This document shows positions 1 to 13,668 of a stretch of DNA of 64,000 bases, piece by piece. Each line of letters starts with the position of its first letter. Position 1 is the stretch's first letter. The stretch comes from Squalus acanthias. Lineage: Eukaryota. The notes under the pieces were generated by a model, which was not told the origin of the DNA, ran no database searches, and saw nothing but the letters and a program-made list of their open reading frames with translations. A program made the position numbers and the translations under genes. Location of the stretch: the NCBI GenBank assembly GCA_030390025.1, contig CM059438.1, forward strand, positions 47,802,001 to 47,866,000, read 5' to 3'.

Positions 1-202
1 GGCCGGCTGGTTTCTATCCATGCACATCAGAAATCTACATTACCAACCATTATGTTGCTTGGAGCTAGTAAACAGTTGGGCATGTAGAACCTAAAGCTGG
101 TAGCCTGAATGGGCATGTCCGAGGCCAATATGTTGATCCAGAATAGTTAACAATGTTTGGATGTTTAAGGACAGCCTGCCCAATACATTTTTAAAACAAT
201 CG

Positions 203-287
203 TCTCTCTGTGTCTCTCTGTGTCTCTCTGTGTCTCTCTGTGTCTCTCTGTGTCTCTCTCTGTCTCTCTCTGTCTCTCTCTGTCTCT
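203..287. repeat. (TCTCTCTGTG)n / (TC)n microsatellite
   Basis: Direct reading. Confidence 0.95.
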
Positions 288-2854
288 TCTCCCTTCCTGC
301 CTGCACACTCAAGTTTTGTGTGCGTGACTGTCTAGATCTCAGCAATGGCTTTGTTTTGTTGGACATGATCAGTGTCCCTGATACTTCTTGCCCTGACAAC
401 ACCCCCCCCCCCCCCCCCAAGGTGGAGACCTATGCCGCCACAAGGCCCAGCCAAGAATGAGCAAACAACCTGTCCAAGGAGTGCAGCTGAGCTCAACATG
501 CCGATTGAGAGTGGGATATCAGCCCAGATTCCAGTTCTGCAACTACTAATCTAATTACTTTGGGATCCAGGGCCCATCTCTTAAGCTGCTAATTTGATGA
601 GCTGCTGCACAAGCAAGCTTATATTTGCTAAATGTACGAATGAGTCTTTACGTATCAGCTAGTTTTAAGCACGCACCGCCCAAGTTATCGCACTAACTAG
701 ACCACTATTGAAGTGTGTGACGTCGTAAACCAAGTCTGGATTTGTAGTACACAACCAATTTTCCATGCGGTTTATCGGACGCTGAATAAGTTTTTTGTTT
801 TGGAAGTTTAGATGACCAGCTGTTGGCATTAAGTGGATCAGATACGTAAAGCATCAGTTTTAAGTTCAATTTATGGGTTGTTTCAATATTTGGAAGTCAT
901 CTAATTGGTGTAATATATTAGATCTAGTGTTAAACCATTGAAACTATGGGGTTGTGTGTCCATACTGCAAGTCTGTAAAAGGTCTGTCTATATCTACCTA
1001 TCTCCGTTTTGAGATGTGTCTGTCTGTCTCACTTTTTGCCAATGAGCAAGTAGCTTTTTTATACAAAAAAGGAAAGGGGGCCAGTTATTTCCTGTTTGTT
1101 TCGTCTGACCTGGAGCCAGGATTTATAGGCAGCAGCTAGCCAATGAACTTCCCTCGGAAGCAGCAGGTATCACACTATCACTCGTGTTAGTATAAAGTAA
1201 AGGACAAGAGCCAATATTCTCCAATATACAGAAAAACTACTTGCCAACAGAAAATATTTTCTACTTGACTTCAGGAGTTGCACTTATTATGGAAAGAAAG
1301 CAAATCCAATCTCTTAAGCCAAGGATCTGCTACGAGCATTGAGTCTCCAATTGACCTGAGGAAGACCGAGTATTTACATCTTGCAGCTTTAAAGGGACGT
1401 TGATGTTCTTTAGCAGCAGAATAATACACAGTGCATGAAATAATACTCCTGCTCTTTTATAAACAGCGTATTCTCCAACAGAATAATTACTAGAAAACTT
1501 GCAATAGCACTGCTAACGGTGAGTCAGAGGATGCACTACTTTATAAGGTCAGGAACATTATACCATGTAAAATGTAGGTGTGTTCCTTTAGGGCTGCAAG
1601 GTCTAATTGTTGTCATGTAAACACTGGGTTCATAGAGGTCAGTTTAGAGATGACAAGTATCCTGTATTTGCTGTTTGTGTTCATGGAAAGTTATATATTT
1701 TTTTTCTTTAAATGTGTGAATGACACTTGGATGTGACAAAGTAGCATGACACAGGAAATGTGTGCTAGTTTTTATAGTGTAACTGGCAAATCTCCCATGG
1801 CACTCCTTATGGATGTGCTGTTTTGAGTGCAGGAATATTATACAGTGTAAAACCGAATGGGGGGTAATTTTAACCTTGCTGGCGGGCTAGGGTCAACCCC
1901 GCCCCCCCCCCCCCCCATTCTACACCCTTCCGATTTGAATCTCTGTGCCCTGGTGGAGAGAAGCTTTAGCTTTGCATCTTGTGCTTCCAATGGAGTAAAC
2001 AGCCTCTTGGGGGAATGTAATCCATCCCATTTGGGATCAATTGCCTATCCCTAGTAAAGGTTTGGGGCTTCTTGAACCCCTCAGTGGACTCATGCCAGCT
2101 CTTCGCTGGCGAGTTCCGCTTAGGCTTACAGAAGGTGGAATTCCTGGGATAGACTGGGAATTCCCTCAGGAACACCCTGTTGATGCAGCAGGTCAGATAG
2201 AAGATGGGCCCACAACGCCCCCTTGCCCCACCAGAATTTAAAAAGCCATGGCAAATGGGGAAGAGTCCTGGAGTAAGCAGATTCCACCCTAAATTCCTGC
2301 CTCCCCAGCAGAAATTTTTGGGCCCATCTATATTAGGCTTTGTTACAAAACAATCTCGATTAAAATAAAGAAAACCAGTCATTAACCCAGTGACTGAAAT
2401 TTCCAAGCAGTTTACTGACCTCTAATTGACCTGAGCAAGTTATAACCAGCTGCAGTTACCAGTACTTACACAGGGAGTAATTGAGCGCTGACCTTACACA
2501 CAGGCCCGATTAGCCATACTGGGGATCCCAGACTACCTATGAGCAACACCACGGGAGATTTGCTAGTATATATGAAAGTGTTGCATCTACTGTGTCTGTC
2601 GCACTTGAAAGTGTCACATGTGGAAAAAGTCATACTTGCACCCCGATTGTCCCAAATGCCATATTGACACAACTGTCCTCACCTCAGGAATTCTGAGCAA
2701 TTGCCCACCTCTGTTGCAAACCGCCTTGGTAAATCGGTCCACTTCTGTCGCACCACTGGCCTTGTCCAGACGCGCTCTTAATTCTGTGCTTAAAATTATA
2801 ATATACCCATTACACAATCAAACCTCTTGTCTCAGTTTCATTACTCTCTTAGAA

Positions 2855-3065
2855 ATTTACAGCACCAAAGGAGGCCATTCGGCCCATCGTGTCTGTGCCA
2901 AACGAAAAGGAGCCATCCAGCCTAATCCCACTTTCCAGCTCTTGGTCCGTAGCCCTGTAGGTTACGGCACTTCGAGTGCACATCCAAGTACTTTTTAAAT
3001 GTGATGAGGGTCTCTGCCTCTACCAACCTTTTCAGACAGTGAGTTCCAGACCCCCCCCACCACTC
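2855..3065 (-). mobile_element. CR1-type LINE 3' fragment
   Basis: GAAATTTACAGCAC..GGAGGCCATTCGGCCCATC; reverse of the 57310 family tail. Confidence 0.8.
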
Positions 3066-4969
3066 TTCATTTATGTCCACAGTCTACATGCAGAGGCAGA
3101 GTTTTTTTCACATGGCTTAGAATTTTCTGGACAAGATATGATGGCTAGAAGCCCAGCTATCTCCACTCTCTCAGAATTTGAAACTGGGCAATGAAAATCT
3201 CACTTGCTGCATGTAATCCTCCCACAGATTAAGCTCAGATCATGTACTATTTTGGGGGGAAATCGTAATGTTAAGATTCAATGCCTCACAATAATAGGAG
3301 CTGTAATGAATAAAGGCTGAAAGTCATGATTCCCATCCCGAACCACCTCCATTGTCGAATGTTTGTCTATCCCTTCCCCATTTTAGACTTCCCCTCAAAA
3401 GTCAATTTTATCCAGACCTTTAAATACTGTACAGCTTGTTTGCATGCAAATTTCCTCGTGGGGTGGGGTTCCCGATCGGCCAATGCAAACTTGGCGGGGA
3501 CCCCGAGTAGACTGGGAACCCGCCGAAGTTACAGGTGACCGCTCGAGAGACTCGTCAACCTGAGGAAGCTCCCAGCGATTATTTCAACAGCTTGCGTTTA
3601 TATCGCACCTTCGGATATCCAGTTAGGATATGGGCAGCAAAGCTTTGGAGGAGCTCAAGTTTGCGGACGGAGGGTGGAAGGTGTGCCAGTTCAGATATAC
3701 CAACTATTTAATAAACTACTAGTCAATCTTGCCTGGCATTACTCACTGAGTCAAGTGTAGTCTTCGGTTGACGTGGGGTTAGAGGGCGAGTTGGGGAGAT
3801 AATTCATGCATTCTCTCCTTATTTGTATATTTCCATTATAAATTAATTGTCAGGAGGGTGTAGTTACAGCGTGACAAGTTTACATGGGCAATTTCCATCA
3901 TAGATGTAAACATAGGAATTTATAATGAAAAAGTTGACAGGAAGTGCGGGCAGATGTCATTTTTAATGCATTATATAGATAATCAGCGATGATGTTCACA
4001 TTACAATCAGTATAAAAGTTTTGAGAAATGTTAAAAAGCATGTCAGAATTAAAATTTTAATTAAATGTAATAAGGCTCTTGCACTTTCCATCACCCTCCC
4101 CGAGCACTACTACACGTGCTTTAAGGACAATTGCAGATTTGAAGGGGGCTTTTGCTGCCTTCTGATTTCTTGAATCGTGCAATGCAATCAGTAGGCAAAC
4201 TGTGTGTGTTAATTATTTTTCGATGCTCTTGTCTGAATTCATAGTTATGTCATTTGACCAAATCCATCGGGGATGCAGTTACAATTTGAAATAAAGTCAT
4301 CTTCGAGAAAATACCTTGACATTCTTACAAAGGCAAAAATATAAGACGGAAACATTGGTTTCCAAGTTGACTGTCTTGTTCCCTAAAAGGGCAGTTTGAG
4401 TTCTATTTTAGCACAGTCCTAAAATCTCCAACCATTTCTTTGCACAGCGATTAGCTTCTATTTGTGGAAGCTGTTTTTATAGTTTCCACAGTGCATGAGG
4501 ATAATTGCCTTATCACGTCTTATTAATATACTTTTTTTATTCTGAATGTCTTTCTTAGCGTCTGAATAGAACCTGTGATGACGACTGTGATTAATGGCTT
4601 TCATGCCAGCTTGCAAAAACAATAGTTCATGCAAATCTCACTCGAAATATGTCACAAGTGCGTCAAAACTATTTCTGATCATGTTGTGTTTTTTTTTGCA
4701 AGCTGGAACAGTAATTGCACTCGTAAGGAATCGTGTGATAAATTATTGTATTAACACTCAGTCAAACAATAGATACCCCATAATTTGTAAAGTATGTCCC
4801 GGTCTTTTCTGCTGCCTCATTGCCGTAGGTCAAAATAGAACTTCTGGAAAGCTGTTTGCGTCGTTACTTTCGCATGCTGTAAGGGAGAGGAGATATTGCA
4901 AAACGAGCAGCATTTTTTCTCTGCGAAGCACCAAGTATAATCAGTGCAGTAGTTTAAAAATAGGAACTT

Positions 4970-5365
4970 AACGAGGAACATAGGAACAGGATTAGGCCAT
5001 TTAGCCCCTCGAGCCTGTTGTACCATTCTATTAGATCATGGCTGTATCTTAACTCCATTTACCTGCCTTGGTTCCGTAACCCTTAATACCCTTGCCTAAC
5101 AAAAATTTATAACTCTGTTTTGAAATTTTCAGTTGACCCTCAGCCTCAACAGCTTTTTGGGGGAGAGTTCCAGATTTCCACTTGCCCTTTGTGTGAAGAA
5201 GTGCTTCCTGACAACACCCCCGAAAGGCCTAGCTCTAATTTTAATGTTACGCCCCCTTGTTCTGGACTCCCCCACCAGAGGAAATAGTTTCTCTCTCTTT
5301 ACCCTATCAACTCCTTTTAATCATCTTAAACACCTCGATTAGATCATCCCTTAATCTATACTCCA
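4970..5365 (-). mobile_element. CR1-type LINE 3' fragment
   Basis: GGAACATAGGAACAGGATTAGGCCATTTAGCCCCTCGAGCC; minus frame includes RLRDDLIEVFKMIK. Confidence 0.85.
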
Positions 5366-6014
5366 AGTCTAGCTTTAAAAAAAAAATGCATTGAAATGGC
5401 TGCTGCCAAAATGTGCTCGCGAGACTAAAAATAATATTGTGGGGGGGCAGGAGAAGCAAATGCGGGTATTTACTGAAAAAACAAAATAGTTCCGTACAGT
5501 AAATTTTATTTATAGCTCTAGCTATTTTAGTTTTACATGCTTTGTGGGGGTGGAAGGATGCTTTCATAGCACATTGTAGTTGCTCGTGTAAGGGCATCAC
5601 ATGCTTCCCACTTTCTTTCTAGCCTTTCTGGAACCGATTTTACTTTTGGGTGGCTACCCAGGTGGGAGAGCGGACGGTATAATTGTCCTGCATATACCCG
5701 CAGTCCATGCCGAGGGGCCGGGGACCATTTTAACGAATGAGCCTCATTTCAATTCACACGTCAACCTGCCAGTGCCGAATCAGCGCTCGCACGTCATTCG
5801 GGGTGGGTGGGTGGGTGGGCGGGTGGGCGGGGGTGAAAATTCCACCAGCTCCTACATGGAGCCCAAGCGCAAGTTAAGGCTCAAAGGTGGGGAGGTGAGG
5901 GACAATCGTGGTAAGGGGCTGGGGGGGGGGCAGTGGGTCTACCAATTGGTTCCTCAAAATTGCATTGGGGTCCTATGTAGTCAAAGGATCCCGATTTTTA
6001 TATACCTTCTGTAG

Positions 6015-6310
6015 TCCGAGACCTCTGCGTTCCTCTGACTCTGGCTTCTTGCGCATCCCCCCACTCCATCATTGGCAGCCGTGCCTTCAGCCATCTAGGC
6101 CCCGCTCTCTAATTCCCTCCCTAAACCTCTCCAACTCATCCTTAAAGACCTTCCTTCAAACCCACCTCTTTGAATCAAGTTTTGTCAGCCCTCCCAATAT
6201 CTCCTCCTTTGGCTCTGTCAATTTTTATCTGGTTATGCCTCAGTGAAGCGCCTTGGGGCGTTTTACTACGTTAAAGGTGCTATATAAATGCAAGTTGTTG
6301 TTGTTGTTGC
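6015..6310 (+). mobile_element. L2-type LINE 3' end with (TTG)n tail
   Basis: CTCTGCGTTCCTCTGACTCTGGC...GAAGCGCCTTGGGGCGTTTTACTACGTTAAAGGTGCTATATAAATGCAAGTTGTTGTTG. Confidence 0.8.
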
Positions 6311-8875
6311 TCACATCCATACCTAGGCCGTGTTTTGCACAGTCATTTGACCCAACCTCAGAACAGCACCTTGACCTCCTCCAGTGTGATGCTTCCAGTT
6401 TGACCACAGACCGCGAGGCCTATCTGCACGGCGCTGCTACTTTAGTGCAGCACTATGGACGGTCCTGTGGTCTACATTTGTGACCACTAGGTTAAGGCTG
6501 CCTCCGATCCATTTCATTATCCCTTGCAGACAACTAGAGCGAGGAGACTTTTATCTTGTTTCTCTTGTTGAATTGAAACCCATGTTTCTAAAGTGAAAGG
6601 ACAGTGTGCAAACCCACAGACTCACTGAAAACATAAGAAACATAAAGCTGTTGCAATATTCCCTTTACTGTGACACCGACACAGAGAGAAATTTGCCCCC
6701 AAGGCTTTTAAAATACATTGCACAATGTCATTTGTATATCATAAAATCAGACAAAATATATCTGTCAGAAAGGATTTGAAAATCAGAATTACAATACGAT
6801 ACTCTCCTTTTAAGATGCAAACATAGTCACACCACAAAATCTGTGGGTAATTGAGGATATTGTGCACGGATATTCTGAAACGAACAGCATGGTATCTTAA
6901 TTGAATCACATTAAAGAGGGTTAGATTATGTTGTCATTTTTAGAACAGATTGAAAACTGCTGGGGAAAAAAGACTGGACTAATTATGTAGTATCTATACT
7001 TTTTACTTTGCAAGCTGAAACAGGAAACCACTAAATCTTCCAGTCTTCTGATTCGAAAGTAATTTGGAAATGAAACCTATTATTCTTTTCTGTTTTGAAG
7101 TTGCCATCTCATTTTACAAGGAAATAATAAGTGATTGGGCCGTGCATTTGTTTCTAGTTGAAGAGTTGAGTTGAGGTCCAGGGATGCAATCAATTTTATT
7201 TTGACTGGAAACTTAATTTTCCTCGTCCGGACTGGGTTATAGTCACCTCAGCTACATGAGTCCAAATTTTTTGCCCTTTTTTGTTTCATCCCCAAGTGAT
7301 TGATGGCACTTGTAGCGGGTATCCTATGTCCTTGCAGCAAGCTTGTTGTCCAGCAGAAAGGAATGAACAGTGATTAATCTGTTAACTCTGTTTGGCATGA
7401 TGCCCTTTTGGCTTTTGCTGTTTTGCGAGGGTACTTTTTGACTCGTAAGTTTTATTGGTAGTGTATACATAAGAGCCCCAGTTTAAAAAAAAAAATTAAC
7501 AAATTAAAAACTTCATCTTTTCGAGAGAGAAGAGAAAAAAAATCAATTACAAGAAACCGTGGAAAGTTGCAATTACATTTAGAAGAGCGATTTCCATTCC
7601 ACCCATGTGAGGGGAGCAGGCTTGCTTTAAATATTCAGATTGTTTTGTATGCAGTCTGTGTGCCCTGATTTTTTTTTTTATTTGCTGACATACTGAAAAT
7701 TTACATGTTCCTTTATCCATTATGAAACACTGAATCTGTTCATGTGCAGTTAGTTTCCTCATGACTGCAACTTGGCGCAGTGCCAGCAATCTGAGGCTGT
7801 ATGATGTAAATTCTGAGCTGAGGCATAAAAAATGCATTTGTAGTTGGAAAAGTGTAAACAGATTGGAAAATTAAGTAAAACAAGCGAGTGATTAATTGTC
7901 TTCAGATTTCCCTCTGCAAATTGTTTTTTTTTTCTGCTCTCCCTAATGAACCCATCAGTACTTTTCAAAGTACTTGTTATAATATTTTATTTCTTGCGCT
8001 GAATAATAGTTTCACTGATAGGCAGCCGAAACAATATGTGCTTCTCCCAGGGTGACCTTTTAGGAAATGAATAGTTTTATTGTCTGTCCTGTTTCTGTGA
8101 CTGAAACAACAGTGTGGTTTATTAATATGACTCATGGTACAAATGAAATAGGCCTCAAAAGATTTTATTTGTTTTTATCTTTTCTAATCAGTTGTTTTGC
8201 AGACATGTTCCTGCTTTTCTGATGAGCAGCCTGGTGTGGTATTTCGTGTAAATATGCTGCTTACATGCTGTTTTGAGTGGTTTTTATTCTTTGAATGCTA
8301 CACGGTGTAAATCAAGGGAGAAGAGCGGTGTCGGACTGGGGTGTGTCTGCTCCCGTCTGCGAGGTTGGAAGAATAATCCTGTGTTTTTTCCCGTGTGTGT
8401 GCCATCCCACTTTCCTTATCTGCCTTCCCACGCTGCATCTGAAGACACAACACAGTGGCCAGATTCAGAGGAGTGGCCGCGCGCAGCAGTCGGAGCCGAG
8501 TCTGTCGACGCCGGGATTTATCGGGGTATGTTTTTTTTCCAAATAAATGGCCTGCAGAGCATGGGCGGCCAATCTGCAGTGCAAAGATTCTGCGCTGCTA
8601 CACGTGAGATGAGATGTAAATTCTCTTTTTTTTTAAAAACTCTGAGACTGCGGAATGAAGATCTGCACTCGCAGTCTGCTGTTAAAAGGCTGTGTTGTAT
8701 TCTCGCACGTGACTGCAGGATGATTTTTTTTTCCACATTTAGAAATGTGTGATTGGTCCCAATTGGCAGAAAGTCTCTCTTCGAACGAGGGTGCGAGTTT
8801 CTCCCTGTATAAATCTGGGCAAGCGGTACGCCAGCGATGGGGAGGCGGTCAGGGATCTGCCAGTGCGCTTCAGCC

Positions 8876-8891
8876 GGCCACCAGGGGGCGC
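8876..8891 (+). promoter_or_regulatory. CTCF core motif, consensus match
   Basis: GGCCACCAGGGGGCGC matches the CTCF consensus CCAC[CT]AG[AG][GT]GGC[AG]C. Confidence 0.6.
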
Positions 8892-11800
8892 ATAACGGTG
8901 GCCCGGTTTGATTGGCGTCCCTCACGGGAGACACCCGGGGTGGGGAGTTGAAATCGGTCTTTGGCGGTAGTGCGGAATGGGTGACAGTGAATCGGTTTCC
9001 ATCGACTTCAATATCGATGGAAAAGAATATCGGCCAGAGGATAAAAGGGCTGCCGATTTTTCCCTACTGCCCGTTTCGCACTGCCATCCAAGACAAATTA
9101 CCCCCCTCCCCCTCCACTCTCAGCTTGTGCCCCCATGCATTGGCAAACCCAAGGTGGAAGCCACCTGGCAGATAATGGGAGAGTTGGGCATTTAGAAATC
9201 TTAATTGTTGCTTAATTAAAATGGCGTAGCCATTGTGAAGTTTTCTTTTAACAACTGATTGTACTCGATCACTGCGGTTTCCCAATGTTATTGCACTTAC
9301 CCATGTAAAGGTAGGGCCCCCAGTAGTTGAGTGCAGTGAGCCTCAGTGCCAAGGGCGGGGCCAGCAGCTGATTGGCTGCAAGCAACGCCACTCAAGATGG
9401 TGTGCAGGCGCGCATACAACAAACTTTTCGCAGCAGCCCCCGGGAGACCAACCGCTCCTTCCGGGAGACTCCTGGGCAATCCGGGAGGTTCGGCAACCCG
9501 ACCCCCCAGTGTTTCAAAAACTGAAGGTGATGGTGGCCTCACAACTGAACATGGTGGAGCGAAGCAGCTTGTAATCAAACAACAAGTTGATTTTAACATG
9601 GAAATGTTGGTGCTACATATCGCACCTCACTGCCGAACATAATTTTTCTGCACTGGCTTGCAAAGACGCAAGGCTAGCCCCAGGAATAACCACGCTTAAA
9701 GGCTTCAGGCCTACAACTAGGCTCTGACCAGTTAAATGAAGTGGCTCTATCAGCAATCATTTAAAAAAAAAAAAAAAAAAAAAAATTTTTAAATCTGGTT
9801 ACTCCGGGCAATATTAGTTTGGCTGTCCCTGGCTATGTTATGAAATGTGAGCCCTTGGAAAATATAGAGAAGGTGAGCAGGAACTGTAATTGCTGAGGAA
9901 TGTCTGCCAGATGTCTAAACAGCATGTGATGGCATGACATGGCAGAGAATTTATTCTTTTAAACGGGACAGCATGTCTCGAAGTGCCTACATAGACTGAG
10001 GGTAGTGTTGATGCACCGCACATCCACCAGAACTCGCACTGCCTTGAGTTTGAATGTTGTCACCTTCCCTGCTGCCACACATTGGCTTTCTGCCTATGTT
10101 TCATTTCATTTCCTACATCCTCAAGGTAATGGAGAAGTAATCAAAGCGAGCCCTCCCGCCCTATGACCCGGAGTGTGACCTTTTCCCCACCCAATATGTA
10201 GGTGATTTGTCGCGTGCCCAGGGAATGAGCAGATAAACCCCCTTTCCCTGTATTTCAGTTTACTGGTTATATCAAAGTGGTTGAATAAGCTGTCTGTTTA
10301 ACCATGGCTTAGACTATAAATGACCAAACAGACTTATTAAACAGTAAATGGATAATTGAACGGTAGAAATAGCACACTGTAGATTTACAGTAGTTGCAGG
10401 TTTCTATCTTGGAAGATAGAACATAGCAGTTATATCTGCTGTGCTAAACATCAACGAGAACTGGATGTGGCACAAGGTCCTTGAATATAATCTTACATCG
10501 TGGACAGAGGAAGACCGTACGAGTACGTTCAGCATTTGTTTCCTAACATCACCAGTAGTAACTATTCGGTTGATGTGCTGTAACTACTTGCGCTGCCACG
10601 GCTGTGTTGTCTCGCTGTGTTTGCCCCGTTCCATCACACTATCTGATGCTTTGCACCATGCCTCCTTCAGCTGGATGGTCTGGGCTGCAAGTTTCTCCAT
10701 GGTTAAAGGTACATGGCGCCCTGTGATTTGTCCCACTGGTGGTTTGCTTGCGCAGGGCAAGGCTCACCTTCAGTCTGAGACAGACGTGTGCCGAGCTATC
10801 GGGCGCTCTGTCTTGCAGCTTAGCCGAGGGCTTGTGAGATGCGTCCATTGAAGGGATCGGGCCATTGAAAGACCAACAAGAACTTGAAGCCCCTGAAGTG
10901 GTGTCCAATGCTCAATTGGTTAATATTCTTGCAGCCTATAGTTGCTTTTGCTGACACTATTATGAGCAGTGCCAGTATCCCTAACATCCTGCATCTGAAG
11001 GCACTACACGTGACTATTTAATAATCTAGAGTGGTAGCAAAAAATAAAGATTTAGATGTTAAATTTATAGTTCACAGGGATTCTTAATTAACTTAAAGTT
11101 AAAAGTACTTAAAGTACATTTTGCAACTACATAATTCATTTTAAAGTTGTATTAAGGTTGAAGTGGTATTAAGACATGTACATAAAGTAGAAAGAAGTGC
11201 TTTAAAATAACAACTTGCATATATGCATGTCTTGCTGCTCACTCGCATATTAATACGAGACAATAATGAGTGCAATTTGTAAAGATATGGGTGGGGACAG
11301 GCTATAGGAAAATAAAATCTTAATTACGCCTTGCATTAAAGCCCCAGGACATCCTATATCTTTTTTAAGTTATTGTGATCTCCCAATCTCTTGTTGTGAC
11401 TCTTCCACTTGCCTTGACGTTTTCAAAATGTAACAGGCTCTTCAATGGTGCTGTTCACTTATGCAGATTGTAATTAGGCCTTAGGTTGTTTTTGTACAGC
11501 TTCTAGAGAGGGAAAAAGAACTGGAACGAATTAGCCAGCTGATTTATATTGCGTTCAAACATTTTTGTAAGTTTTGTGGCAACAGTTGTTTTGAAAACAG
11601 AACAATTTTGTGTCCCATGTTACTCCATCTGTCAGTTGTATGTAATTTAAAAATGTTTTGATGGATTATCATTAATAAGTGATTTCCCTCCATAAGACTT
11701 TTTGAAAGTATGCATGTTGGAGTAATCCTTACAACTGAAAACACTCAATTGTCACCATAATAACCTAGAAATGATTTAGTAGGCTTTCGCCAAATTTAAT

Positions 11801-12037
11801 AAGTTCATTTTATAGCGATATGCTAGAAGCCATCCATCAATCTGACTTGTGAATCTGTTGCTTATTCTATCAGTGCCCACTGACTTGTCACCTCGGTAGC
11901 TGCTAAGTGAGACTGGTTTGGAACATGATCTTGCTGAGCACGGGGGATGTGACGTCTCGATTATTCAAGTTCCTTCGCCTCACCAGACCCGTTGGGAACT
12001 GTGCTAACACCAAACTCTTTCTTCAGTAAAAGCCACA

Positions 12038-12506
12038 GGCCCCCGAAAATCCACAACCGGACGGGACAGGACTGCCGAGACGGACCCACCTGGACTGGGA
12101 CTTCCACTGCTGACCCCGACCGATCTCCCAGGATCGCGATTGGGGGTCCCCTCATAGGTGGACGCCCAACAAAGAGGCTGGAAAGTTCAGCTCAAGATTG
12201 CCAGGCCTAATTTGGAGGTGGGGTGGGTGGTGGGGGCAGGGGGGCGGGAAGAGTGCTGGACTGCTCTCCCCACCCCCTTCCAGATACAACTTACAACTGC
12301 CCCCCCCCCCCCCCCCCCAAATGAGCCCTCTTTGAAAGGGGTCCCCTTTTAAATATGTTAAACAGCTTCTGCCATTTGGGCCTGGACCCCCAAAGTGTGC
12401 TGCACAGCCCCTGGTTGCCAGCGAGGCAGGCTCTGGCCCTTCCAGCAGACTCCTGCTGAAGCTACGGTAGCAGTATGCCAAAAGGGACACCGATTTTTCA
12501 GGCCCC
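12038..12506. mobile_element. GC-rich MITE-like element (similar GC-rich pieces near 2138-2325, 5640-5855, 17670-17830, 59272-59435)
   Basis: GGCCCCCGAAAATC / GATTTTTCAGGCCC inverted ends around a GC-rich interior in AT-rich background. Confidence 0.5.
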
Positions 12507-13311
12507 GAGCGTTTAACTGAACTTGATAAGTTACCCTATGTTATCATACTTTGGATTCATTATGAAATTAGATGTGCTGGGCTCTATCAATTTGCATTTT
12601 TAATATGAAAACAAAATTTATTTCCCAAGAAGCTTGATGTTAATTGACTCCCACTACTTCTGTATCTCGAGCGATAACCATAAATCCGTCTGTGCAAAAC
12701 ACACTTTTTTTGTTTGTTTATTTGTTCTCTGGATGTGGGCGTCATTGGCAAGGTAATATTTACTGCCAATCTCTAGTTCCCCTGGGAATCCGGTGGTGGG
12801 CCTTCTCCTTGAACCACTGCAGTCCATGCGGTGAAGGTACTTCTATGATGATGATAGAGAGGGAATCTTGGGATATTAACTCAGCGATGATGAAGGAACG
12901 GTGATATATGACCAAATCAGATTGGTTTGTGACTTGGAGACGGTGGTGTTTCTGTGAATTCAAATGAAGACATTTTGACATCTATTTTGTCTTATTTCAT
13001 TTAGATTACATTGTGAATTAGTTCACAATATGTTGGTATTAAGACATTTTTCTTTGATTGGGTGGTGGGGGGGGGAGGCGGAGTATTTTATCACTTTACT
13101 GGCTGATTGAATAAAATGTATTTTTTTTAGGCCAAGAAACAAAGTCCAGTTATATTTAACATCCCTAAAAGTCCAACAGAGAATGTAAACAGTCACTGTA
13201 TTTTTCACATGCTTAGTTTAACTTTTATGAGGAAAGACCTCCAGCATCTGTAGTATTTTGCTTTTGAATCTAGATCTGCTAAGTTGCTTTTAAATATTTA
13301 CTAATATAAAT

Positions 13312-13668
13312 GGGAGATTCAGTGGAGGTGTTCAAAATTGAAGGGTTTTGATCGAGTAAATAGGGAGAAACTGTTTGGACTGGTGGGAGAGTCGGTAACC
13401 AGAGGACACAGATTTAAGATAATTGGCAAAAGAACCAGAAGTGAGATGAGGGGAAATTTTTTAGCGCAGAACATTATGACCTGGAATGCACTGCCTGAAA
13501 GGGTGGTGGAAGCAGGTTCAGTAGTAACTTTCAAAAGGGAAATGGATAAAAATTTGAAGGGCAATGGGGAAAGAGCAGGGGAGTGGGACTAATTGGAGAG
13601 CTCTTTCAGAGAGCCGGCACGGGCATGATGGGCCGACTGGCTGCTTCTATGCTCTATCATTCTATATG
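13312..13668 (+). mobile_element. CR1-type LINE 3' fragment
   Basis: ORF 13338..13592 KGFDRVNREKLF...TRGHRFKI...WNALPERVVEA. Confidence 0.85.

Noticed and set aside
91-460. ORFs with RETQRDTE or SLCVSL repeats
   Set aside because: Translations of a microsatellite.
8273-8752. 159-aa ORF with repeated QSAVxRxC
   Set aside because: Non-ATG start, T-runs, no homology recognised; the repeat is better explained as a DNA-level duplication.
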